From positions 1 through 27,476 of IMG/VR virus record IMGVR_UViG_3300010998_000001: a stretch of DNA of 27,476 nt. The stretch is one strand, 5' to 3'. The position numbers were made by a program, and so were the translations under genes. Of the stretch, positions 7,640-16,992 are shown one piece after another. The stretch's first letter is position 1. Every line of letters begins with the position of its first letter. Below the pieces are notes generated by a model. It ran no database searches and was not told the DNA's origin. It worked only from the letters and a program-made list of their open reading frames with translations. Source of the DNA: a virus (Duplodnaviria; Heunggongvirae; Uroviricota; Caudoviricetes).

Positions 7640-8755
7640 ATGAGAGAAATATATTTAGATAATGCAGCAACAACGAAGCCGTTGCCAGAAGTTGTTGAAA
7701 CAATCAACGAATATTTAACAGACAAATGGTTTAATCCTTCGGCTAAGTACAAACCAGCGCAAGAAGTTAAAAGATGTTTGTATGAAGCCAGAAAAACCGT
7801 GGCCGATTTCATTGGGGCAAAGCCGGAAGAGATTTATTTCACCAGCGGCGCAAGCGAGGCAAACAATTGGGCGATCAAGGGCTATCTTGAGAAAGAACAT
7901 AGTAGGATGTTACCATTTGTCACAACGGCCATAGAGCATAAATCAATTCTGTCGATTGCCGAGTATTACGGTTGTATGACGCGGGTATTAGAGCCAGGGC
8001 GATATACTGGCGAGATAGTTTTGGATTCTGTCACAACCGCTACATTTTTGCCAAATCCGATTGTATCCGTTCAGTGGGCGAACAATGAAATTGGTGTCAT
8101 TCAAGATGTAGAGCTTATGGCTAGTGTATGCCATAATCGAGATATTGTTTTCCATACAGATGCAACACAAGCATTCCCACATATAAAGATTGATATGTCT
8201 CAGAATGAGATAGACATGATGAGTGTGAGCGGCCATAAGTTTGGAGCGCCGAAGGGGATTGGTTTCTTGTATATCAGAAACCGTTGCAAAGATAAGATTG
8301 TTCCTTTGATAAGCGGCGCACAGGAAAATGGTATGCGCGGCGGTACAGAAAATATCCCGTACATAATGGGAATGGCAAAAGCAATTTCAATGTTAAAGCC
8401 AAAAAATCAGTGCAACCTTGCTGAATATTTTGAGTTGCAGCTTGTGAATGAACTTGGTTGCCGCATTAACGGTTCGCCAAATAAACTGAAACATATTATC
8501 AGTTGTACATTCCCTGAGTATGTTGTTGGTGAATATCTGATTTATCGTTTAGCAGACTATGGTATTTATCTATCGGCGGGATCGGCGTGTAATTCATACG
8601 CGAATACACCGTCAACCGTTTTGGACGCAATTGGATTGACGCACGATGAGATTGCGCGAACGGCAAGAATCTCATTGTCGGAAGATACAACAAGAGAAGA
8701 TGTTGATTATACGATTGAAATGATGAATAAAATATGTTACCAATTTAAACTATAA
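7640..8755 (+). CDS. iscS: Cysteine desulfurase (IscS/NifS family, PLP-dependent)
   Basis: IYLDNAATT, NPS, FTSGASEANN, ANNEIG, HTDATQ, SGHKFGAPKGIG, RGGTEN and catalytic SAGSAC motifs. Confidence 0.93.
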   Translation: MREIYLDNAATTKPLPEVVETINEYLTDKWFNPSAKYKPAQEVKRCLYEARKTVADFIGAKPEEIYFTSGASEANNWAIKGYLEKEHSRMLPFVTTAIEHKSILSIAEYYGCMTRVLEPGRYTGEIVLDSVTTATFLPNPIVSVQWANNEIGVIQDVELMASVCHNRDIVFHTDATQAFPHIKIDMSQNEIDMMSVSGHKFGAPKGIGFLYIRNRCKDKIVPLISGAQENGMRGGTENIPYIMGMAKAISMLKPKNQCNLAEYFELQLVNELGCRINGSPNKLKHIISCTFPEYVVGEYLIYRLADYGIYLSAGSACNSYANTPSTVLDAIGLTHDEIARTARISLSEDTTREDVDYTIEMMNKICYQFKL

Positions 8756-8773
8756 ATAATTACGGAGAAAATA

Positions 8774-9037
8774 ATGATGGGACAATTACATGATAAGTAT
8801 TTGAGGGAACTAGAATTTGTTAAAGGGTTATTGAAATCAAATATTTCAGATGAAGAATTGCTAATTAAAATTGAGATGGCTGTTAAAGCTATTGAAAAAT
8901 ATACATGGGATAATTATGATTATAATAACCATTTGAATATTGTATATACTTTAGTTGAGGATTCTGTTTATAATGATGGGGAACGATGTAAACAAATATT
9001 AGAGGCATATTTACCAAGAAAACTAAGAGTATTATAA
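8774..9037 (+). CDS. Hypothetical protein (AT-rich)
   Basis: 87 aa; GGAG RBS. Confidence 0.55.
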   Translation: MMGQLHDKYLRELEFVKGLLKSNISDEELLIKIEMAVKAIEKYTWDNYDYNNHLNIVYTLVEDSVYNDGERCKQILEAYLPRKLRVL

Positions 9038-9053
9038 TAAGATAAATTATATT

Positions 9054-11042
9054 ATGAAGAATGAAATGCAAAAATTGATCTCTCAGCTTAACCAATATCG
9101 AAATGCTTATTACAATGAGAACAAGAGTTTGGTAAGTGATAGGGAATATGATATGCTCTTTGATCGTCTGGTCGAGCTAGAAGAAAAGACGGGGATTGTG
9201 TACGCAAATTCTCCTACTGTAACCGTTGGATATGAAACAGCCAGCGAGTTAAAGAAAGTGCGGCACAATCACCCGATGCTTTCTCTTGGTAAGACCGCAG
9301 ACATTGATGAGTTCTATGATTACTTCCGTCCGCATGATACCGTCATCATGGCAAAAATGGACGGCTTAACTTGCTCGATTTGTTATGTAGATGGGAAGCT
9401 CGTTTCCGCTGAGAGTCGCGGCAATGGTGAGATCGGAGAGGATATTACACACAATGCTCGTGTATTTTCTAATCTCCCGCACGAGATTCCGCGCAAGGGC
9501 GAGCTGATTGTAGATGGCGAGTGCATCATCACATACGATGAATTTGAGCGCATTAAGGAACGCGAGGGAACGGATTACAAGAATCCTCGTAATCTTGCGA
9601 GCGGGACGGTACGCCAACTAGATAATAAGATCACAGCTTCGCGCAATGTGAAGTTTGTTGCATGGAAGATGATTGTCGGCTCTTCTGGTAGTCTGCATAG
9701 CGATTTAGTGGACTTGCGCGATCTCGGTTTTGAAGTCGTGCCTTTTGTGTTCTTTGATTATATCGGCATGAATAAACAGAATATGGATCGTCAGATTGAG
9801 TTTATCAAAGATGTTTGCCAGAATGAGTATTACTATCCGATTGATGGTATTGTCGGCGCATTTGATGATCTCTCTTATGGCGAAGGTCTAGGCAGCACCG
9901 GGCATCATCCAAAACATTCTCTGGCCTACAAGTTCTACCAGGAAGAGAACGAGACTACTCTTCTTGATATTGAGTGGAGTACAAGCCGTACAGGAATGGT
10001 AAATCCAGTGGCCGTGTTCGAGTCTATTGAGATTGATGGAACAACGGTGAACCGCGCCACGTTAAACAATGTTAGCATTATCAAAGAGCTAGAGCTTGGC
10101 ATTGGCGACACAATCACCGTGATTAAAGCAAATGCTATTATTCCTCAGATAACGAGCAATCTAACCAGAAGCAATACATACGAAATTCCAAAAGTGTGTC
10201 CCGCTTGTGGACATCCGTTGACGATCAGAAATGACAGCGGAAGGGAAATGCTGTATTGCATCAATGAAGATTGCCCTGGTATTATCCATGATAAGATTGC
10301 AAATTTCGCCAGCCGCGAAGGAATGAACATCGTAGGAATTTCTGATGAGCGGCTGCGGACTCTCATCGATGCTGGTTTTGTGCAGGACTTTTTGAGCCTA
10401 TATTATCTTGATAGCCACAAATCAGAGATTGAAAAGTTGCCTGGATTTGGTAAATCGAGCGTTGAAAAATTACTGAAGGCGATTGAAGATAGCAAACATG
10501 CGAAACTATCCAATGTGATTGTGGCACTTGGGATTCCTGGTGTTGGCAAATCTGCCGCGAAAGCTATGGCAGCTCATTGTGTTGCGCTCAAGAACGATCT
10601 GATTAAGCATGGTGGCACGGAAGCAACCGCCCTTGGTTGTCTCTATTCCTATGCCTACTATGGCGCAGATTGGACAGAGCTTGACGGTTTTGGCAGAGTT
10701 ACGAGCGACGCGATTAATGCGTATCTGTATAAGAATCGTCAAATGATTTTGGCATTAAACCAGATTCTTGTGATAGAGGACGATGCGTCGGACGCGGCTC
10801 CAAATCTGTTTGGCGGGAAATCCTTCTGTGTTACTGGTAAGCTTAATCATTATCCTAATCGTGAGGCTCTTGTCCAGGATATAGAAAAGTATGGCGGCAA
10901 GATCGTATCGAGCGTCACGGCCAAGACTGGTTATCTGATTACAAATGATCCAGACTCAGGCAGCTCCAAAAACAAGGCGGCAGAGAAGTACGGCACTCAA
11001 ATCATTACGGAATTAGATTTCATCCGTATGATAAAAGAGTAA
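9054..11042 (+). CDS. ligA: NAD-dependent DNA ligase
   Basis: YY...SDREYD, HNHPMLSL, KMDG active site, SRGNG..GED, NPRNLASG, Zn finger CPACG...C...C, HhH repeats, C-terminal BRCT. Confidence 0.96.
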   Translation: MKNEMQKLISQLNQYRNAYYNENKSLVSDREYDMLFDRLVELEEKTGIVYANSPTVTVGYETASELKKVRHNHPMLSLGKTADIDEFYDYFRPHDTVIMAKMDGLTCSICYVDGKLVSAESRGNGEIGEDITHNARVFSNLPHEIPRKGELIVDGECIITYDEFERIKEREGTDYKNPRNLASGTVRQLDNKITASRNVKFVAWKMIVGSSGSLHSDLVDLRDLGFEVVPFVFFDYIGMNKQNMDRQIEFIKDVCQNEYYYPIDGIVGAFDDLSYGEGLGSTGHHPKHSLAYKFYQEENETTLLDIEWSTSRTGMVNPVAVFESIEIDGTTVNRATLNNVSIIKELELGIGDTITVIKANAIIPQITSNLTRSNTYEIPKVCPACGHPLTIRNDSGREMLYCINEDCPGIIHDKIANFASREGMNIVGISDERLRTLIDAGFVQDFLSLYYLDSHKSEIEKLPGFGKSSVEKLLKAIEDSKHAKLSNVIVALGIPGVGKSAAKAMAAHCVALKNDLIKHGGTEATALGCLYSYAYYGADWTELDGFGRVTSDAINAYLYKNRQMILALNQILVIEDDASDAAPNLFGGKSFCVTGKLNHYPNREALVQDIEKYGGKIVSSVTAKTGYLITNDPDSGSSKNKAAEKYGTQIITELDFIRMIKE

Positions 11043-11062
11043 AGAAGAAAACAAAATAATGC

Positions 11063-11091
11063 TTGACTTTTCCTATTTGGTATGGTATAAT
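11063..11091 (+). promoter_or_regulatory. Sigma-A/sigma70-type promoter
   Basis: TTGACT (11063-11068), 17-bp spacer, TGnTATAAT (-10 at 11086-11091). Confidence 0.85.
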
Positions 11092-11174
11092 GTACTCACA
11101 AGAGGTTAAGGGAGCGCCGTAAGACGCTCCAATCAAATGAAACATACAGAAAAACAAACTAAAGGGAGAAGTAA

Positions 11175-11402
11175 ATGCTAAAAGTAAAACGAAATAAGTG
11201 TAAGTATTGCCGATACTCATTTGTATCAGCGGTAGTAGAGGACAATAAATATCTTCCGGCTTGTATTTACATATTGATGACTGGCAAACGTAGACCTTGC
11301 GAAGCGGGAGAGAATTGTGTCGTGTTTGAGAGGCAGACAAATGTTCCTCATTTTAACAGGGTGGATGATTTTTGTGGAGGTGTAGATCGGGTATATGGCT
11401 AA
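11175..11402 (+). CDS. Hypothetical Cys-rich protein
   Basis: CKYCRY...CIYIL.TGKRRPC...C; GGGAG RBS. Confidence 0.6.
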   Translation: MLKVKRNKCKYCRYSFVSAVVEDNKYLPACIYILMTGKRRPCEAGENCVVFERQTNVPHFNRVDDFCGGVDRVYG

Positions 11403-11913
11403 GATGTATCTAATGAGTGGCATGAGCGGAAGCGGCAAAACAACATTCGCCCGCCAGTTCGCAAAAGACAATAACCTTCAGTATCTTTGCATTGATGATT
11501 TCTATACGCTGATGAATGGCGACGAGAAACGTCACGAAGATGAGCATTACGTCTGGCAAGTATTTTTTCTTGCGATCCATCTGGCAGAGGAACATGGCCG
11601 CGATATTATTATTGACACTAACGCGCCGACAAAGAGCAAGCGTATCGAGTTCATTGACTGGTTTCCGAATTTTGAGCATCATCTGATCTTCATTGATGCT
11701 AACAAGGAGCTGTGTATCAAGAACAATGCCAGTCGTAATCGCCGGATTCCCATGGGTGAAATGGATAGGATGTTCACGGAACTTGAACACCCAATGATTT
11801 CCGAGGATCGTCGCTGGGATAGTATTACAATCTATCGGAACGAGGACAATAAAGAGTTTTCTATTATGGCGCGACTTCGATATGACGCATGGGAAGGCGG
11901 CTGGTGTCTGTGA
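11395..11913 (+). CDS. P-loop kinase (AAA_33 / polynucleotide-kinase-like)
   Basis: Walker A GMSGSGKTT, IIIDTN, lid-like NNASRNR. Confidence 0.85.
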   Translation: MAKMYLMSGMSGSGKTTFARQFAKDNNLQYLCIDDFYTLMNGDEKRHEDEHYVWQVFFLAIHLAEEHGRDIIIDTNAPTKSKRIEFIDWFPNFEHHLIFIDANKELCIKNNASRNRRIPMGEMDRMFTELEHPMISEDRRWDSITIYRNEDNKEFSIMARLRYDAWEGGWCL

Positions 11914-12416
11914 AGAAATATAAACACGGTATGTATGGCGGCAAGTTCGAGCCATTTCATAAAGGCCATCTTTATTGCCTCGAAACAGCGGCCAGCGAGT
12001 GCGAAAAAGTTTCACTCATTCTCTTTGCTGGCGGAGCTGACGAAGTACGAATTGAAAGTGAAATGGAAAGATACAATCCCGTCATTCGCGCACATTTGAG
12101 TATTGATGCCAGAATAGCGAAGTGCAAAGAAATTGCGGCGAAGTTTGATAACGTCGAGTTCCATTTCCTAGATATTTCCTCTTGCCGTAATGAAGATGGT
12201 TCCGAAGATTGGGAAGCTGAGACTCCGCTTGTTCTGGATGAAGTGGGTGAGTTCGATGCCGTCTATGGCTCAGAGATTTCGTATAGCGATTATTTCAGCC
12301 GAGCTTATCCAAACGCGGAATACAGATGCCTCGATCCTGAGAGGATCAAATGCCCGATCTCCGGCACAATGATTCGTAATATGCCGATGATTAATATGAA
12401 ATATTGGGAGATTTAA
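11889..12416 (+). CDS. HxGH nucleotidyltransferase, NadR/NMN adenylyltransferase-like
   Basis: GMYGGKFEPFHKGH and C-terminal PISGTMIR; lies near pnuC; true start may be GTG 11910. Confidence 0.85.
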   Translation: MGRRLVSVKKYKHGMYGGKFEPFHKGHLYCLETAASECEKVSLILFAGGADEVRIESEMERYNPVIRAHLSIDARIAKCKEIAAKFDNVEFHFLDISSCRNEDGSEDWEAETPLVLDEVGEFDAVYGSEISYSDYFSRAYPNAEYRCLDPERIKCPISGTMIRNMPMINMKYWEI

Positions 12417-12793
12417 ATGTGAAAAAATGGGCTAGAAAGATAAAGAAAGATGCTAGATCAACAGTCGCATTAGAAACAGGTCAATTTGATTATCCTGTTT
12501 ATGTATGTCAATCATATAATGGCGATACAATTGTTTCATACATAAAACCTATACTTGATGATTGCTTAGAAGATGATTCAAAGTATTATTATAATATAGA
12601 TGATAATAAAGTAAGTGTTTGTATTGACACGGTTAAAAAGTGTGAAAATATTGGCGAGTATATAGAGACAATATTGCAATTTCATGTCGCCTTGGAAGTT
12701 ATCACATCAATTTATAATTATAATGATGGTGAAGTTTTCACGATTCGATCCAAGGAAGATATTCCAACAATCGCTTATAAAGGAGCTTATTAA
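12404..12793 (+). CDS. Hypothetical protein (AT-rich)
   Basis: 129 aa ORF between the nucleotidyltransferase and pnuC. Confidence 0.55.
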   Translation: MGDLNVKKWARKIKKDARSTVALETGQFDYPVYVCQSYNGDTIVSYIKPILDDCLEDDSKYYYNIDDNKVSVCIDTVKKCENIGEYIETILQFHVALEVITSIYNYNDGEVFTIRSKEDIPTIAYKGAY

Positions 12794-12795
12794 AA

Positions 12796-13518
12796 ATGTT
12801 TATTAAAGATATGCGCGACTCTATGAAGTCTCTCAAGTGGTACGAGTGGCTTATGGCGGCGATCCTGATTATTGTTGCCGCGTATTACATGATTGTTTCT
12901 TTCGTCAATCCGTCCGCGAATGACAATCCGGCATGGCTGGCTGTTCTGAATTTCATTTCCGCAGTTTGCGGTGCGTTCTGTATTTTCCTGTGCGCAAAAG
13001 CCGATATTAGTAACTTTGCATTTGGCATTGTGAACACGGTTGTCTACATAGTCTATCTGGCTTATTGGCGGATTTACGGTACGCTCTTGCTGGAAGTGCT
13101 GGTTTATTTCCCCGTGAACATCATTTCTTGGGTCAAATGGGCGCAGCATCGTAGCGATAAAAACCGACTTTTAACGAAGGCTAAGAAGCTGACAGTGCGC
13201 CAGAATGTCATTGTTGCGGCGGTAATTGGCCTTGCGGCGGTGGCCTATCATGCGATTCTCGTGGCGATTGGCGGCACTGTTCCCTGGCTGGATGCGTTCA
13301 CTTTGAGCATTGGTCTTGTTGCTGTATTCCTTGAGATGTTCCGCTATCGTGAGCAGTATGTTTGGTGGATCATTACTGATGTGATCGCGGTTGCTATGTA
13401 TATCGTACACTTCGATGGCGTGTATCTGACAAAAAAGATCGTGTATCTAATTATGGCTGTCATTGGCCTGGTGAATTGGGTGCGCCTTCAGAAAACAGAA
13501 AATGTAATTAACGAGTAA
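12796..13518 (+). CDS. pnuC: PnuC-family nicotinamide riboside/vitamin transporter
   Basis: About 8 hydrophobic segments; SNFAFGIVN, PWLDA and REQYVWWIITDV (W..W...D/N-type motif). Confidence 0.85.
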   Translation: MFIKDMRDSMKSLKWYEWLMAAILIIVAAYYMIVSFVNPSANDNPAWLAVLNFISAVCGAFCIFLCAKADISNFAFGIVNTVVYIVYLAYWRIYGTLLLEVLVYFPVNIISWVKWAQHRSDKNRLLTKAKKLTVRQNVIVAAVIGLAAVAYHAILVAIGGTVPWLDAFTLSIGLVAVFLEMFRYREQYVWWIITDVIAVAMYIVHFDGVYLTKKIVYLIMAVIGLVNWVRLQKTENVINE

Positions 13519-13529
13519 TTTTAATAGAT

Positions 13530-14510
13530 ATGAGTATTGAAGTTATTAAAACGCATACAGGCAAAATTTACGTTGATCGTGAGAGACAACTTGAGTTTCT
13601 TACCGTTGGCGATTATGGCAAAGAGAATAACATCAAAGCCGAATTTCTAGGTCTGACGAAAGAAATCAATGGCGTTCCTCATCATGAAGTAGATTTGCGC
13701 GATAAGTGGGTGGCGACGATCAGCACACAAAAGGGTTGCCCTATGAACTGCCAGTTCTGCGATTGCCCGAAGTTTGGTTTTCACGGCAATGCATCCTTGC
13801 AGGAACTTGAATATATGATTGAAACCATCCTCAGAAATGAGACTACAAAAGAGACTAGGCGATTTAACGTGCATTATGCGCGAATGGGTGAGCCTACCTT
13901 CAATGAAAACGTTCTTTACTTTACCGAGTATCAGTTGCGGCCACTTGTAAAGCAGTATATTAAAGCAGATACAATTCATCCCGTAGTTTCAACCATGTTA
14001 CCGAAATCAAACCATAATCTTGAACATTTTATTCTCGATTGGTGTTGGATTAAAAATCAAGAGTATCACGGTGAAGCTGGTTTGCAGTTTAGCATCAATT
14101 CAACCAATGATGAGCAGAGAGATAAACAGTTTAATGGCCGGAGCTTGCCGCTACAGATGATCTCTGATCTTGGCCGCGAACTTCCTATGCCAGTCGGTAG
14201 AAAATATACTCTGAATTTTGCCGTCACAGAAGATACGATTCTTGATGCCGACAGACTTTCTAAGCTGTTTGATCCAAGAAAGTTTATTGTGAAAATTACG
14301 CCCATTCATAAGACGAACGCGGCGATTAAGAACGGGTTTAATGTCACAACAGAATATACAGATTATGATGTGTACAAGAAATTCGAGGCTCCGTTGCTTG
14401 AGCGCGGCTGGGACGTGATTGTTTTCGTGCCGAGCGAGAAAGAGGATAGCGACAGGATTACTTGCGGAAACGCCCTGATTACATATAAGGAGAACATGGA
14501 CAATGAGTGA
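13530..14510 (+). CDS. Radical SAM protein, RlmN/Cfr-like
   Basis: ISTQKGCPMNCQFC (CxxxCxxC), MGEP, C-terminal TCG. Confidence 0.85.
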   Translation: MSIEVIKTHTGKIYVDRERQLEFLTVGDYGKENNIKAEFLGLTKEINGVPHHEVDLRDKWVATISTQKGCPMNCQFCDCPKFGFHGNASLQELEYMIETILRNETTKETRRFNVHYARMGEPTFNENVLYFTEYQLRPLVKQYIKADTIHPVVSTMLPKSNHNLEHFILDWCWIKNQEYHGEAGLQFSINSTNDEQRDKQFNGRSLPLQMISDLGRELPMPVGRKYTLNFAVTEDTILDADRLSKLFDPRKFIVKITPIHKTNAAIKNGFNVTTEYTDYDVYKKFEAPLLERGWDVIVFVPSEKEDSDRITCGNALITYKENMDNE

Positions 14511-14814
14511 CGTATTCAAATATATCTGGTATATCGGCGTTATGGTTATGGACATTTTTGCCGTATGCAGAGAATTATATGTGGGCATCTGGCAGGGTTT
14601 TAGACGGTCAACCAACAGTCGTTGAGGCGAATAAATGAAAGCTGCTCTTTTGATACTCGTAGCTATTGTTGTAGCTTGGCTTGTGTTTGGGGAAGAAGAA
14701 TTTGAAGGCGAAAAGATATTAACCGTATTTGTAGTACTAGCTTGTGTGATTATACTCACGGCATTAAAAAGCATTGTGGCTTAATAATATAGAAAATGAA
14801 AGAGAATTTTTATT

Positions 14815-15114
14815 ATGAAAAGATGTGTTAGCATTTGTCTCGTTTGCACTTTACTGTTCCTTTTATGTGCTTGCGGCACGAATTCAAACGTAAGTGCAAA
14901 GGGTTATATAGACAACTTCACTTGCGAATACTGTGGAAATGAGTTTTCTGTTACGCCAAGTGATTTGTATGAGATTAAGTGGCGTGGAGCGTTTAATCAG
15001 ATGTATGTAACAAAGGCGTTTGATTGTCCTTCATGTCAAACTACGTATACTTGGACGGATTTGTCAGGCTGGCATTTTGCAAATGTCGAATTTGAAGTGC
15101 TTGGCGGTAAATGA
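14815..15114 (+). CDS. Putative lipoprotein with Zn ribbon
   Basis: Signal peptide with LCAC lipobox; CEYC and CPSC. Confidence 0.6.
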   Translation: MKRCVSICLVCTLLFLLCACGTNSNVSAKGYIDNFTCEYCGNEFSVTPSDLYEIKWRGAFNQMYVTKAFDCPSCQTTYTWTDLSGWHFANVEFEVLGGK

Positions 15115-15129
15115 AAGTGGATTTTGATT

Positions 15130-15333
15130 ATGTTTGCATACACCATTAAAGCCGAACTTAATAACGACGGGTCATATAAGGTGACGCTATTTAATGTCGG
15201 CAGTGATGAGTGCTCAATCGAAACCGTTATTCCAAGAGCACATATAACTATTAATGCTCTGCCAGCCTCATTCCGGGACTCAATGAAACCGTTACTGGAT
15301 GTAAATGAAAAGGATTTTGGTAGTGATATATGA
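15130..15333 (+). CDS. Hypothetical protein
   Basis: Part of a tightly packed small-ORF train. Confidence 0.45.
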   Translation: MFAYTIKAELNNDGSYKVTLFNVGSDECSIETVIPRAHITINALPASFRDSMKPLLDVNEKDFGSDI

Positions 15334-15614
15334 AATTCTTAATATGGGAAATCCGAATAAATGATCACGCGCTTGCTAAAATACAATGGGCATTATATAA
15401 AACTTTCGGTATAAAGCCCAAAGAGCCGTGCGGACACTCAGAAACACGAGCTGGCCATTGGTGCAGGCAACCGCTTGATTTGAAGCATTGTTACGTTGAT
15501 AAAGATGATGATGGTTTAGGATACGTAGTTAAATGCAGATGTTGCGGGTCTGTGAAACTACTTACAAATCAGTATCTTGACCCAACAGACGATAAACTAT
15601 GGGCTAAGTGGTGA
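15330..15614 (+). CDS. Hypothetical protein
   Basis: 94 aa; ATGA overlap; Cys/His-rich. Confidence 0.55.
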   Translation: MKFLIWEIRINDHALAKIQWALYKTFGIKPKEPCGHSETRAGHWCRQPLDLKHCYVDKDDDGLGYVVKCRCCGSVKLLTNQYLDPTDDKLWAKW

Positions 15615-15633
15615 ATGTATGAAAGGGGGTTTT

Positions 15634-15780
15634 ATGAGTCAAAGTTTTAAAGATTTTCTTATCAGAGCAATAGGTTCAATTATGATCGGCGTAGGTGCGC
15701 GTATGTTGGTATCTGAGAAGTGGCGTGACCAAGCACAAGTATTTATTGCAGCGGGAGTATATTGGCTGACGTGCATATGA
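15634..15780 (+). CDS. Small membrane protein
   Basis: MSQSFKDFLIRAIGSIMIGVG... within the 15577..15780 ORF; G-rich RBS. Confidence 0.45.
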   Translation: MSQSFKDFLIRAIGSIMIGVGARMLVSEKWRDQAQVFIAAGVYWLTCI

Positions 15781-15792
15781 AAGTGAGTTTTT

Positions 15793-15996
15793 ATGAGCGA
15801 TTTGGTTAATTCTTTGCGGCTCTGTGCTGCTGGCGACTGTGATGAACGATGCCATAAGTATTATTATGGAGCTGGTTGTCGTGGCGTTCTCATGGATGAA
15901 GCTGCGGCTGCCCTCCAGGAATGGGAAAAGTACACATCATATTTGGCGGCTCATAATATGTTCCCGACAGTAGTTGAAAGTAGGATTGAATTATGA
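15793..15996 (+). CDS. Hypothetical Cys-containing phage protein
   Basis: LRLC...CDERC......C...LMDEAA. Confidence 0.55.
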   Translation: MSDLVNSLRLCAAGDCDERCHKYYYGAGCRGVLMDEAAAALQEWEKYTSYLAAHNMFPTVVESRIEL

Positions 15997-16175
15997 AAGT
16001 TGGAGATTATATTGGTGGACTTTATAAAAAGACTCTGCCAAACGGAACAGAGAAATGGGAGTTGTGCGATTGCAAGATCACAAAGATAGTACAAAACTCT
16101 CGCGGCACAAAAGTTCACAGTAAACGTTTTTATCCAATCGAGATTGAAGAAATTGAAGCCAATAATGAGATATGA
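15993..16175 (+). CDS. Hypothetical protein
   Basis: ATGA overlap; 60 aa. Confidence 0.45.
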   Translation: MKVGDYIGGLYKKTLPNGTEKWELCDCKITKIVQNSRGTKVHSKRFYPIEIEEIEANNEI

Positions 16176-16271
16176 CGTTCCAGACGAAGTTATTAGATGT
16201 GTTTTTACACCAATGGAAATACTGGAATGGATGGACAGAAGAGCGCTTTCTTATAAAGGTGGTGAAGAACA

Positions 16272-16580
16272 ATGCGGTGTTATGATTATTCAAAACTGAT
16301 TAAGGAAATTGAAAATCTTATTAACTGTGGCGATCCTGCGGCACAAACAAATAGCGAAATGCTACGCCTCTTGAAAGAAGCAGTAAAGGCTATAAATGAA
16401 CTTGTATGGTATAGTGGCATATTGCGAGATGATATTCTTACTAAGTACCGTATTATTTCTATGATCCATTCTTTGATTACTCTAAATGACAGATGCGATC
16501 ACGCCATAGCCAGTACAGATGAAAAAGATCGTATGCGGATTTTAGACGATCTGAATAAACAATACAAGATGCCAATTTAA
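16272..16580 (+). CDS. Hypothetical protein
   Basis: 102 aa; AAGGTGGTG RBS. Confidence 0.55.
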   Translation: MRCYDYSKLIKEIENLINCGDPAAQTNSEMLRLLKEAVKAINELVWYSGILRDDILTKYRIISMIHSLITLNDRCDHAIASTDEKDRMRILDDLNKQYKMPI

Positions 16581-16596
16581 GAGGTCAAAGATAAGT

Positions 16597-16992
16597 ATGA
16601 ATTTTGATGCTTTTGAACTGACTGGCGGTGATCTGTATTTCCAAACGCCAGATGGTGATTGGCAATACTTCACCACTATAAAAAGTCTTGAGTCTTCTGG
16701 TGCTGAAGGTGATTATTATGTGGCTAGTCCACGGTTGCCGACAACGTTTCCGTCCAGCATTGATATTTCCGGCGAAGTAAAAATAGTTGGATATGGCAGA
16801 TGCAAAACCAGAAAGCGGTTGGTGAAGTTGCTGATGTCGAAGGGATTCCAAAAACTTGCCGCACAAGAGATTGCTTGGGAAGTGAACAAATCTTCAATGA
16901 CATATCAAGGTTACTGGCTCCATTACGTTTTGACTGGCGACGTTGGCATTTATTTTTGGAGCAAGACAAAAAGGATCAAAGAAAAGTTTTAA
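16597..16992 (+). CDS. Hypothetical protein
   Basis: 131 aa; GAGG upstream. Confidence 0.55.
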   Translation: MNFDAFELTGGDLYFQTPDGDWQYFTTIKSLESSGAEGDYYVASPRLPTTFPSSIDISGEVKIVGYGRCKTRKRLVKLLMSKGFQKLAAQEIAWEVNKSSMTYQGYWLHYVLTGDVGIYFWSKTKRIKEKF

